Positions 7,201-15,555 are shown, counted from the stretch's first letter. The stretch: DNA of 42,382 nt from Leptolyngbyaceae cyanobacterium (GCA_051439365.1 JBFRWC010000300.1:1-42382), one strand, 5' to 3'. Notes: a model not told the origin generated them from the letters alone. Made by a program: numbers and translations.

Positions 7201-9019
7201 CATTGTCTTTCAAGGTGATGTACGGAGTCTTTTCTGCGCCCCACACATCCACTGAGGAATCCTTCATCGTAATCAAGCCCCGGCTCACCAGTTTTGAATC
7301 CCATGATTGATTCACCACCCGGTTGTTGGAGTTGACGGGAGCAAACACGATATCCGTGGTCACAGACTCCCGCACCGGATTGTTGCGAGAGCCGATGTTT
7401 AACTCTCCCCCCGATATCACCATCATCGTGTCCACCAACATCCTAGTATCCTGATTGGCCGCAAAGGTGAGATTGCCATCCACCCGCACGGTGAACAATC
7501 GAGCGTTACTCTCGCCGTCGTAGGTGACGGTGGTGCCTTGGGGAATCACAATGCGGGCATTGTTCCCTGGAAGCTGACCACCCCAGGTTTTGGGATCAAA
7601 CCAGGAGCCGCTGTTGACCGCTGTGTGGGTGGCGGCCCCAGTGGGCACCAGCTTCATGAGTTCTTGCATATGGCTCATCTGCATCTCCATCAGTGGACGG
7701 TCCGTTGCCGTTCCGGCCTCTGGAGTATCCCCTGAATCAATGATATCGACTGCCTCAGGGTCGTAGGATTCACCTTGGATGCTGCTAGCTTTTTCTAGGG
7801 CCGCATCCAAATTCAGGACACCATAACCCGTATTCGCATCCCAGCCATCAACATCCAAATCGGTGGCTGTGGTCTGGAGGATTTCAATCACCTGACGATA
7901 GCTGAGGCCGGGGTTACGATCCCAAATGCGAGTGGCGGCTCCCGACACTTGGGCCGCCGCAGCGGAAGTCCCAAACAATGTCTCATCTGAGTTGGGGAAA
8001 ACTGTGAGAGGGTCTTCAGACGTGCCCCCATTGGCTAGAATTCCTAATCCCACCCCCGTGTTGGAATAAGTCGATCGACTGGCATTCTCGACAGCACCGA
8101 CCGTTAAAACATGGTCGAATTGGCGCGAGGATTGAGCCAAGGCCGAGAGAGCATTGCCATCATTACCTGCGGCAACGACCACCAGCACACCATGCTGACG
8201 GGCATATTCTAGGGCTTCCTGTTCCGCTTCAGTGAGATGATCACGGGCAATGACCTCACCATTTTCATCCTTGATGACTAAATCAAAACTGAGATTAGCG
8301 ATCGCTTTCCTATGACCCGCCGCCTTACTTGCATCCACAAATTCCACTAATGATTCCGTCCAATCGCCAGAACCAACGGCATTCCCTAACCACAATTTTG
8401 TCTGATCATTGATACCATCAATCCCGTCACCATTATTTTGTTGGGCACCAATGAGGTTGGCGATCGCACTACCATGAGCATTACCTTGAACCCCTGCTTT
8501 TGTTCCGGTGTTTGTACGAGTTGTCCCCCACTCTAAGCGAGAGAATTCCACATCCATTTTCTCAGGGACAAATCCGGTGTCAATGATCCCGACCATGCTA
8601 CGATCCGCAGTGGGAGCAAGCCCAAGAGGGGAAAACTCAAGATCTTCAGGCAGTCCAGTTAATTGATCGAGAGACTTTTCAAAAGCCCCTGAAGAAGAAT
8701 CGCCTGGGAGAAACACCTGAGCAGTCTCCAATTGTCCTCCCTCTTCTGCTGGAGAATAACTATCAGCATCAGGATTAGATAATCCATCATCCTGTAATCC
8801 TTCAAACTCAAAAATATTGTCATTAGAATAGTCTACTAGTGGCGCTGGCGATGATAGAAATGGTAGATGTTCAATATTTGATGCATCATTAGATAATACA
8901 CTGGGGTGGTTGCTCCTTAGTTCTAATAGGGCTGGCAGCAAATCATCCTGGAATTCTGATAAGGTTTGTCCAGCATGAAGGGATGATGCATTCAACTGGT
9001 CAGAGGTGAGAAGTTCCAT
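4244..9019 (-). CDS. 1591-aa multidomain exoprotein: S8 subtilisin-like peptidase + G8 / right-handed beta-helix + PKD + two CBM6/35-like modules
   Basis: ATG 9019 with AAGGA upstream.
- S8 triad motifs: VGIIDTGF (Asp ~147), NAHGSAIA (His ~182), GTSAAAAQVSG (Ser ~352).
- G8-like segment: SGSWFDPKTWGGQLPGNNARIVIPQGTTVTYDG.
- Beta-helix region with ERGHIMFM...GRSN...RYPLHFHE.
- PKD-like segment: FNGRASVDPD...YAWDFNDDG...HTVALTVYDNQGASATIKATV.
- Two ~125-aa paralogous C-terminal modules (...GAFIEWSVD...YDL.WRY.LG...RPL.LS.NG...NTIRLTA.G.SGG.FD) separated by Pro/Ser/Asn linkers.
- No N-terminal hydrophobic signal sequence. Confidence 0.85.
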   Translation of the reverse strand: MELLTSDQLNASSLHAGQTLSEFQDDLLPALLELRSNHPSVLSNDASNIEHLPFLSSPAPLVDYSNDNIFEFEGLQDDGLSNPDADSYSPAEEGGQLETAQVFLPGDSSSGAFEKSLDQLTGLPEDLEFSPLGLAPTADRSMVGIIDTGFVPEKMDVEFSRLEWGTTRTNTGTKAGVQGNAHGSAIANLIGAQQNNGDGIDGINDQTKLWLGNAVGSGDWTESLVEFVDASKAAGHRKAIANLSFDLVIKDENGEVIARDHLTEAEQEALEYARQHGVLVVVAAGNDGNALSALAQSSRQFDHVLTVGAVENASRSTYSNTGVGLGILANGGTSEDPLTVFPNSDETLFGTSAAAAQVSGAATRIWDRNPGLSYRQVIEILQTTATDLDVDGWDANTGYGVLNLDAALEKASSIQGESYDPEAVDIIDSGDTPEAGTATDRPLMEMQMSHMQELMKLVPTGAATHTAVNSGSWFDPKTWGGQLPGNNARIVIPQGTTVTYDGESNARLFTVRVDGNLTFAANQDTRMLVDTMMVISGGELNIGSRNNPVRESVTTDIVFAPVNSNNRVVNQSWDSKLVSRGLITMKDSSVDVWGAEKTPYITLKDNAKAGDRSLTFDDPIPDDWQVGDRIVLTGTAGRINWRDKSLSHDDNSFFEDEELTITSINGSRITFNHNDVNGNALRFDHTVPEGYGLDIYVANLTRNVRFSTEAGENAQIMERGHIMFMDQDVEFHNAGLYDMGRSNKDQLANPNTNPRARYPLHFHETLRHANSYSDPAARVTGNAIDGSPGWGYVIHGSKAVVEDNVSFDVLGAHYVTEDGDEIAEFRRNIAIKAEGSTNQVNRGLLQLDKTPRGAIRDLGVQGYGFWLDAPYSAFALEDNIVTSTRETAYLFYGHNDNEFTEDKRGNNLKTPTPGLVKVPVSTLPSHLRHIANGASEIHAWKVPNPGPWSGNVAYNSESGAEIRGVLRDDVARDRFFNLGHQTRATIDNMKVWGVRHFGLGIGYAAHTNVENSLFLGDMTDPLERGNFVGADNNGMYGHGIFLAKNARYVTLKNNRVEGFEVGALVQQTEGQGLNLSSEGPLGPGQLIGGYFANNTYNLAATPGRAGDRAQDTSMMSSRNYNPFNPYYQMSGELYFEPPSDNQAPVAKFSVSSAGNELTFNGRASVDPDYPVYKLTDNHNTIASYAWDFNDDGVYDDWGWTVNRTLGQGDHTVALTVYDNQGASATIKATVRNGKIIAQTGSVMNPIGQPNDSGLGDSGPSPSPSPDDTPPSDPPVTEPPIDATPTPSPNPNPSPNPNPSPSPNPISGESSVTLPAEEARLSGAIVRTKPGAEDGEFVDFRGQDGAFIEWSVDMAQPGTYDLSWRYTLGRGDRPLALSINGEVVEASLDFPNTADWNTWENLTRTLDLKAGANTIRLTAIGKSGGDFDSLTITPTTVTESPSPQPVDPSPSPTPNPDPTPAPPTEPPSVTRLQAEDAWLNGAIARSQSGVDGQLVDFRGKDGAFIEWSVDAETAGEYDLAWRYSLGKGQRPLDLSVNGQTVERIEFANTLSWDDWDLLTRSLNLDAGLNTIRLTATGRSGGNFDYLEVSRTA
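5109..5170 (-). repeat. Hexanucleotide microsatellite inside the CDS, encoding the PTPSPNPNPSPNPNPSPSPNP linker
   Basis: The plus strand reads gggttagggctggggctaggattaggattggggctgggattaggattagggctggg. This is alternating GGATTA/GGGCTG-type hexamers. Confidence 0.8.
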
Positions 9020-10175
9020 AGTTAATATCCTTAGAGAGTGAAGATGTGATAGCTCGATGTAGTCAGCGGAAGTAAACGGCAGCAGTATCTTTCACAATGA
9101 TGCTTAGATCATGTGAAGGACTGATTAGAACCTGATTGACGGAAAAACTTGTATGATTAGTGCTTAAAACCACAGTAAAACGGGTTAAAAAACACTGTAG
9201 ATTGTGTCAAGTCTGATGCTGAAAGTGAATAACAGCACAGCGAAAACGAAACCTTAATTAGAGATGTAGGTCACAGAGAATTCTGATGACTCTGAACCCG
9301 CACAATGGTTTAATTCTCAATGGGAAGATTAGGATAAGTACCCAGGGCAGATGTCTAGGATAGATGTTCAGTATGTCTGTTTGAGATCTGAATATCTGCG
9401 AAGAGGATGGTGATAACACCCATTGTTAATCTCAGTCATCACTACTTCATAACCACTACACTAGCTTTTGACCATTTCTTTATAGAGATAGTTCCCAGAT
9501 TTGAAATTAGGATGAAGACAACCTCAGGCTACAACCCATATTGCCCCATATCACAACACAAACCGAATCTTTTGGGTTCTTCAGGGCATAGGCTAATTGA
9601 CTGAAAAAAGACCATTGTGTAGGTTGGGTTAGCCTTACTGAAAGGGAGATGAGTCTAGTGGAGATGAGCCTTCCTTTACAAAACTTAACTATTGTTTACT
9701 CATGGCTTTTGGTATTTATGCTATGCTCGAGGGTTAACCCGAACGGTTGTCAGATTGATGGCAATCCCATCGATCTGAAGGGTGGCCCAAATGATGGCAG
9801 TGGTGAAATGATCGTCCAATCCCCTATCATCGGGGCTGTGGTGCGATCGCCCAAGGTTGGGTAAGGGCGATCGCCTATTGGCCAACCATATTACTAATAT
9901 TAAAAAAAGTTAATAAAACAGCCCCTCTAACTCAAACTTGTTTGTAGTTTTCTATACTAAGATTAAGAGGACAAGGAGACTCTTCTAGTCTGGTAGACTC
10001 AGGGGTTAGTAAGTCTGTGGCCCTGCTCTGGGAACATGCGTATGTTCTGAGGCACATGCTACTGTCACCGTCTTGGATATCAGCCTTAGATATCAGCTCT
10101 GTTAGTAGAGAGCAACTTTAGTACTCCTTGCTTCTATCAGGCCGTGCATTAGTGTAGTCCATCATCTTTGCAGCG

Positions 10176-11981
10176 ATGACGGTCAGGTGTACGGCAAAGT
10201 TCCTTCAACGCAGTTCACTATTAGAAAGGCAGTTAGGCGTGAGTCAACACCCAATCAATCAAAGTAAGCGGTACGATGCTGAGACAATTGCTCAATACTA
10301 TCGTCGCCGTCCTTGGCGGGTAATGTGGCGAGCATTCACTATTTTTAGAGAATTTGTTGGTCTTTTTCTAGCAATTAAGTTGGATGCCCTTACGGGTGCG
10401 ACTGGTAACCTTCAACGAAACTCGACATCCGTGGGACGGGCGGCTGAGCACTTGCGCCAGATGTTGATTCGCCTCGGTCCCACCTTCATCAAAGTCGGGC
10501 AAGCCCTCTCTACTCGCCCTGACCTAGTTCGGGCTGACTTTTTGGATGAGTTGACTAAGCTTCAAGACCAACTGCCACCGTTTCCCTCCAAAATGGCCCA
10601 TGCGCTGATTGAGCGGGAGTTGGATGATACTATCGACGACCTGTTTGCTGACATCTCTGCTGAACCTGTCGCAGCGGCGAGTCTGGGGCAAGTGTATCAG
10701 GCTAGACTGCATACTGGAGAAGCCGTAGCGGTTAAGGTGCAACGTCCCAACCTGCTGCCTCAGTTGACATTGGATTTGTACCTGATGAGATGGGCCGCTA
10801 GCTGGATTGCCCCTTGGCTCCCATTAAACTTGGGCCACGACTTGCAGCTCATTGTGGATGAGTTCGGGACTAAGCTATTCGAGGAAGTTGATTACCTCAA
10901 TGAAGGGCGCAATGCAGAGCAATTTGCTACGAATTTTCAAAATGACCCGCGAGTCAAAGTTCCCAGCATTTTTTGGCGCTACAGTAACACCCATGTTTTG
11001 ACCCTAGAGTGGATTGACGGGTTTAAGCTGACGGACACTGACAAGATCAAGCAAGCCGACTTAGATTTGGATACGTTGATTGAAATCGGTGTGACCTCTG
11101 GTTTGCAACAATTGCTAGAGTTTGGGTTCTTTCATGCTGACCCCCATCCAGGCAACCTATTTGCTACTCCTGACGGGCGCATGGCCTACATTGACTTTGG
11201 CATGATGGACCAACTAGGCCAGTCCATGAAGGAAGCCCTCGTGGATTCTTTGGTTCACTTGATTAATCAGGATTACAGTAACTTAGCCGATGATTTTGTC
11301 AAGCTGGGTTTTCTGACCCCAGGGACTGACATTACGCCGATTATTCCGGCCCTGGAATCGGTCTTCGACAATGCTATTGGGGAAAGTGTTGCAGAGTTCA
11401 ACTTCCAGACGATTACGAACAGCTTCTCGGAGTTGATGTATGAGTATCCATTTCGGATACCTTCCAAGTTCGCTCTGATTATCCGGTCATTGGTAACTCA
11501 GGAAGGCATCGCGCTGACCCTCAATCCCAATTTCAAGATCGTTGAGGTGGGCTATCCCTATGTGGCGCGGCGATTGCTGACGGAAGAAACCCCAGCGTTT
11601 CGCCAACGCCTGATCGAGGTTTTATTTAAAGATGGCAAGTTTCAATGGACTCGGTTGGAAAACCTGATTGCGATCGCCCGTACCAGCGGAGACTTTGACC
11701 TCCTGCCCTCAGCCCAATTGGGGTTGCAGTATGTGTTGTCCGAGGAAGGCGAGTTTCTCCGGCGGCAGGTGATGTTGTCCCTAGTGGAAGACGATCGTCT
11801 CCAAACTGAGCCTGTGGGTCGCTTGTGGGATCTAGTCAAGCCCGAACTTCATCCCGAACGGTTATTCAACGTTGCCGTGGAAGCCATCAGTGACTTTTCC
11901 TCGGAACAGGCCAATAACCTCCTGCCGGATCTAACAGGATTGGTCGCCTTTCAGAGAGATGATAACCGCGAGCGAGTTTAA
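10176..11981 (+). CDS. ABC1/UbiB (AarF) family atypical kinase
   Basis: 601 aa. Motifs: AAASLGQVYQARLHTGEAVAVKVQRP, FFHADPHPGNLF, YIDFGMM. The exact start is uncertain; a GTG at 10239 is an alternative. Confidence 0.9.
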   Translation: MTVRCTAKFLQRSSLLERQLGVSQHPINQSKRYDAETIAQYYRRRPWRVMWRAFTIFREFVGLFLAIKLDALTGATGNLQRNSTSVGRAAEHLRQMLIRLGPTFIKVGQALSTRPDLVRADFLDELTKLQDQLPPFPSKMAHALIERELDDTIDDLFADISAEPVAAASLGQVYQARLHTGEAVAVKVQRPNLLPQLTLDLYLMRWAASWIAPWLPLNLGHDLQLIVDEFGTKLFEEVDYLNEGRNAEQFATNFQNDPRVKVPSIFWRYSNTHVLTLEWIDGFKLTDTDKIKQADLDLDTLIEIGVTSGLQQLLEFGFFHADPHPGNLFATPDGRMAYIDFGMMDQLGQSMKEALVDSLVHLINQDYSNLADDFVKLGFLTPGTDITPIIPALESVFDNAIGESVAEFNFQTITNSFSELMYEYPFRIPSKFALIIRSLVTQEGIALTLNPNFKIVEVGYPYVARRLLTEETPAFRQRLIEVLFKDGKFQWTRLENLIAIARTSGDFDLLPSAQLGLQYVLSEEGEFLRRQVMLSLVEDDRLQTEPVGRLWDLVKPELHPERLFNVAVEAISDFSSEQANNLLPDLTGLVAFQRDDNRERV

Positions 11982-12091
11982 GAAAGGACACAAACTGTCA
12001 TAATAGGTAGGGCAAGACGACGAACGGTTTTCTCTATGCGAGCCCCCAAGCAGTGAGATGCCAAGTAATACTACAAGAAATGGAGGTTTTT

Positions 12092-12469
12092 GTGCTGCCA
12101 TACGATACCTATCCCAGTACCCCCTATGTTTTGTTGGCGGCTGGCTTTCTGGCGAGTGTCACCTCTGGGTTTGCTTTCAGTGAAACGCTGAAGGAGTCAG
12201 TCAGAAACTGGTCAAATAACAAAGAGTCCATCTCACTTCCCAGTATCCAAAATCTGCGCCTGCTGATCCCCTTTGCGGCAGTTTGTGTTGGGGTGTGTGT
12301 ATTCCTGGCATCTGGTGTTCAAATCTTTGCATTTTCAGCGACTGTTGCCTATGCGATTTCCTTTCCCTTGACGCTTGTGGGGGGCCTATTGCTTTGGTAC
12401 CAGTTAGGTCGTCTGCTGATCCAATTGGAGAAAGGGGGCTCGCGTGCCCTTGATCTAGATGGCTTCTAA
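12092..12469 (+). CDS. Small integral membrane protein, function unknown
   Basis: Three hydrophobic helices are predicted. A GGAGG lies 5 nt upstream of GTG 12092. The ORF-track start (GTG 12053) and ATG 12080 lack an RBS. Confidence 0.5.
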   Translation: MLPYDTYPSTPYVLLAAGFLASVTSGFAFSETLKESVRNWSNNKESISLPSIQNLRLLIPFAAVCVGVCVFLASGVQIFAFSATVAYAISFPLTLVGGLLLWYQLGRLLIQLEKGGSRALDLDGF

Positions 12470-12500
12470 TCTGAATGAAAGGAATCATATCTAGTAGATT

Positions 12501-13475
12501 ATGGTGTTCGTGACTTATAGTCCGGCCTACACGATTGTGCCCACCTACAGTTGTTTTAATCGCTGTAGTTACTGTAACTTTCGGCTGGAGGCTAATCAGA
12601 GCCCACTGTTGCCCCTTGATATGGCACAGCAGCAACTGACTGCCCTACGCCATGAAGATGTGATCGAGATTCTGATCTTGAGTGGTGAAGTTCATCCTCA
12701 CAGCCCCCAGCGAGAGCCTTGGTTCCAGCGAATTTTCGATCTTTGTGAACTAGCATTAGAACTAGGGTTTTTGCCCCATACCAATGTGGGGCCACTCAGC
12801 TATAGCGAAATGGCTCGGCTTAAACGAGTGAATGTATCGATGGGGCTGATGCTGGAGCAAGTGACTCCTGCCCTGTTGCAGTCAGTTCATCGCCACTCTC
12901 CTAGTAAGTTTCCTGAAGTCCGACTACAGCAGTTGGAGTGTGCGGGAGAACTCAATATTCCATTCACCACTGGGTTGTTGTTAGGGTTGGGTGAGTCGGA
13001 GGCGGATCGACTGGATACGCTGGGGGCGATCGCCCAATCCCACGCTCGTTGGGGACACATCCAGGAAGTGATTCTCCAACCCCATAGCCCTGGTTCCCGC
13101 CAGGTCTGGCAAGGTGAAGGCTTTGATCTCCAACAGTTGCCAGAGGTGGTGGCGATCGCTCGGCATCATCTCCCCACTGAAATCACGATCCAAATTCCAC
13201 CCAACCTTGTTCATCATCCGTCCCTTTTGCTGGAGTGCCTAGATGCTGGAGCCAGAGATTTAGGCGGACTTGGTCCCAAAGATGAAGTCAACCCTGATTA
13301 TGCCCACCCCACCCCATCTTGGGTCAAAGCTATTATAGAATCAGCGGGTTGGACACTCAAACCCCGATTACCTGTGTATTCTCAACACTACTCTTGGCTG
13401 AATTCTACCTTGGTAACCGCTGTGAAAGCCGTCTCCCAGCAGCTTGACGCTCACACCCTGCCCCAGCCACTCTAG
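12501..13475 (+). CDS. cofG: 7,8-didemethyl-8-hydroxy-5-deazariboflavin (FO) synthase subunit CofG, radical SAM
   Basis: 324 aa. N-terminus VTYSPAYTIVPTYSCFNRCSYCNFR carries the CxxxCxxC cluster. Length and overall pattern are typical of CofG. Confidence 0.85.
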   Translation: MVFVTYSPAYTIVPTYSCFNRCSYCNFRLEANQSPLLPLDMAQQQLTALRHEDVIEILILSGEVHPHSPQREPWFQRIFDLCELALELGFLPHTNVGPLSYSEMARLKRVNVSMGLMLEQVTPALLQSVHRHSPSKFPEVRLQQLECAGELNIPFTTGLLLGLGESEADRLDTLGAIAQSHARWGHIQEVILQPHSPGSRQVWQGEGFDLQQLPEVVAIARHHLPTEITIQIPPNLVHHPSLLLECLDAGARDLGGLGPKDEVNPDYAHPTPSWVKAIIESAGWTLKPRLPVYSQHYSWLNSTLVTAVKAVSQQLDAHTLPQPL

Positions 13476-13492
13476 GAAATTTTATGGGGGCG

Positions 13493-13966
13493 TTATTGAC
13501 GGAGCACGTGCCGTTCTACCAGATATCGTTCAAATTGGACCCTGTGTCGTTCAACAAGTTCGGTTCCGTAAATATCAAAACCGAACTTGTTGAATAGACC
13601 CAAACTAAACAGGCTAGCTTCTGCATATAGGCGCTGAATATCATGGGATTGAGCATAGTCCAATAGGGTTTGCAGCAGGGTTGAACCAATTCCCTGCTGC
13701 AGACAGTCATGGCGGACATAGGTTGACACCACATGACCATTATCTGCGATCCCGGCAAAGCCCAAAATTACCATGGCACGATCTACCGCGACGAATGTCG
13801 TTGCGTCCAGGATAAACGTGTGGAATTCTGGGGTGTTGTCTCCAAATGCTGCCCATGCCTGCACTTGTGCCGGACTGTAATGTTCCGCCCCACGGAGCAG
13901 GACGGTTTGATGAAACAGGTGGGCTAGTTCTGGGACATCGGCGGCGGTGGCTAATCGAATCTGCAT
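13493..13966 (-). CDS. GNAT family N-acetyltransferase
   Basis: Acetyl-CoA motif QQGIGSTLLQTLLDYA. The likely start is ATG 13966 (MQIRLATAADV...) rather than the ORF-track start at 14005. Confidence 0.8.
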   Translation of the reverse strand: MQIRLATAADVPELAHLFHQTVLLRGAEHYSPAQVQAWAAFGDNTPEFHTFILDATTFVAVDRAMVILGFAGIADNGHVVSTYVRHDCLQQGIGSTLLQTLLDYAQSHDIQRLYAEASLFSLGLFNKFGFDIYGTELVERHRVQFERYLVERHVLRQ

Positions 13967-14362
13967 GGTTTGCGATAGAAAAGACCAGGCAAATAGAAAG
14001 CGCAAGTTAGATTGTGTTTGACGGGAGTGGAGTCTAGGTTAGCAAAATTCTTGGACAAGGGGAAAGTGCGCGATCGCGCTGCGATCAGAAATAGACACGC
14101 TCTCACATCAAAACGATCAAACTATTTGCTACGTATCACAAAATTTAGATTAAGCTAAAACTATTTTAGTTTGCGTATTTTGGTGGGTGTAACCCGCCCG
14201 CGGGGGTTTTCAGCCACGCAAATTAAATGGCAATCAGCTTACCTTAGCTGATTTGCTTGGGGTGCGATAGTTTATGAAGTGTTGTAGGCCATCGATTCAC
14301 TTGGACAAGGAGAGCGATCGCTACAGCACTAGTACTAACAACATTGAGAGGCAACTAAAGTT

Positions 14363-15100
14363 ATGCAAGGGCCGGGTCTTGTTTTGGCAGTTGGGCTGGC
14401 AATTATCCATAGTTTTCTGTCCATGCTCAATATTTCTGCCGTTATTCCAGAACATCGCTGGATTTCGTTCGCGGGGGGCGTATCCATTGGGTATGTATTT
14501 CTAGAGGTTTTTCCCGAACTGAGCCACGCCCAAGAAGAACTGGAGCATTCGGCGCTGCCCTTTGTTGCCTACCTGGAAAACCATGTCTACCTGCTGGCCC
14601 TACTAGGATTACTCGTATTCTACGGTATCGACATTTGGGTCCGTTCCTCCCAGCATCAAGTAGAGACCGGGGGAAACGTGGAATCCCATGCCGTGCGTCC
14701 AGTCGCTTTTTGGATTCATATCACGGTATTTGCCGTGATCAACGGAATTTTCGGTTATCTGCTTCAGGATGTGGGCAATCACAGTTTGCTCCAGTGCCTC
14801 ATCTTTTTCGCAGCGATCGCACTCCACTTCTTCATCATCGATCACAATTTGCGGGAGCACCACACCCGTTCCTACGAGAAAAAGGGACGCTGGATCTTGA
14901 CAGCCGCAATTATGGTGGGGGCGATCGCAGGTCAAACACTGCACTTAAACGAAGCGGCCTTGTCAATCGTTTGGTCATTTTTGGCAGGGAGCATCATCCT
15001 CAATATTTTGAAGCGGGAATTACCTGACACCACAGAGAGTTGTTTTGGGTCATTTCTTGGGGGCGCGGTGCTGTACGCAGGACTACTGTTAGCAGCTTAA
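14363..15100 (+). CDS. Polytopic membrane protein with His/Glu-rich motifs (possible metal-ion transporter; family not recognised with certainty)
   Basis: 245 aa with about 7-8 hydrophobic segments. Motifs: FLEVFPELSHAQEELEH and HFFIIDHNLREHH. Confidence 0.6.
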   Translation: MQGPGLVLAVGLAIIHSFLSMLNISAVIPEHRWISFAGGVSIGYVFLEVFPELSHAQEELEHSALPFVAYLENHVYLLALLGLLVFYGIDIWVRSSQHQVETGGNVESHAVRPVAFWIHITVFAVINGIFGYLLQDVGNHSLLQCLIFFAAIALHFFIIDHNLREHHTRSYEKKGRWILTAAIMVGAIAGQTLHLNEAALSIVWSFLAGSIILNILKRELPDTTESCFGSFLGGAVLYAGLLLAA

Positions 15101-15354
15101 AGATGTGGTGCTTCACCGAGAAGAATACAGGGATAACATTCAGTTATGGGATGATTGAGTTGCTTTGGGGTAAATGGGAGGCTGTAATGAGGGTATCAGA
15201 GAACGATCGCTTTGTTTCGGAATCGTGAGGGGCGATTGCGATCGCCATTTGGCACCAACTTTGGCCATCATTTTACCAAAAGCAATGGTACACCCAATTA
15301 CAGAGCAACGGTCCCTAAGTATGCCACTACCCCTACCCCAGTAAGGGCAATGCC

Positions 15355-15554
15355 CCCGTGCTTGCCCAGGTTGTCCCCGTGCTTGCCCAGGTTGTCCCCG
15401 TGCTTGCCCAGGTTGTCCCCGTGCTTGCCCAGGTTATCCCCGTGCTTGCCCTGGTTATCCCCGTGCTTGCCCTGGTTATCCCCGTGCTTGCCCAGGTTGT
15501 CCCTGTGCTTGCCCAGGTTGTCCCTGTGCTTGCCCAGGTTGTCCCCGTGTGCCC
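15355..15554. repeat. 21-bp tandem minisatellite, 9 full units plus a partial one
   Basis: The unit CCCGTGCTTGCCCAGGTTGTC sits at 15355, 15376, 15397, ... 15523. Variant order is A A A B(..TTATC) C(..CCCTGGTTATC) C A D(CCTGTG..) D. All six frames are open across the array. Confidence 0.95.
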
Positions 15555-15555
15555 T

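Noticed and set aside
4244-9019. Possibility that the S8 protease marks a cyanobactin/RiPP (PatA/PatG-like) cluster.
   Set aside because: No precursor-peptide-like small ORF, heterocyclase, or second protease is nearby. The protease is fused to carbohydrate-type domains instead of the PatA/G C-terminal domain.
9407-9864. ORFs 9407..9604 and 9649..9864 in the long spacer.
   Set aside because: They lack a convincing RBS, have AT-rich atypical composition and carry no recognisable motifs. They were kept only as part of the spacer finding.
15355-15554. Possibility that the 21-bp array is a CRISPR array.
   Set aside because: The units are directly abutting with no spacers, the unit is shorter than CRISPR repeats, and there are no cas genes in the window.
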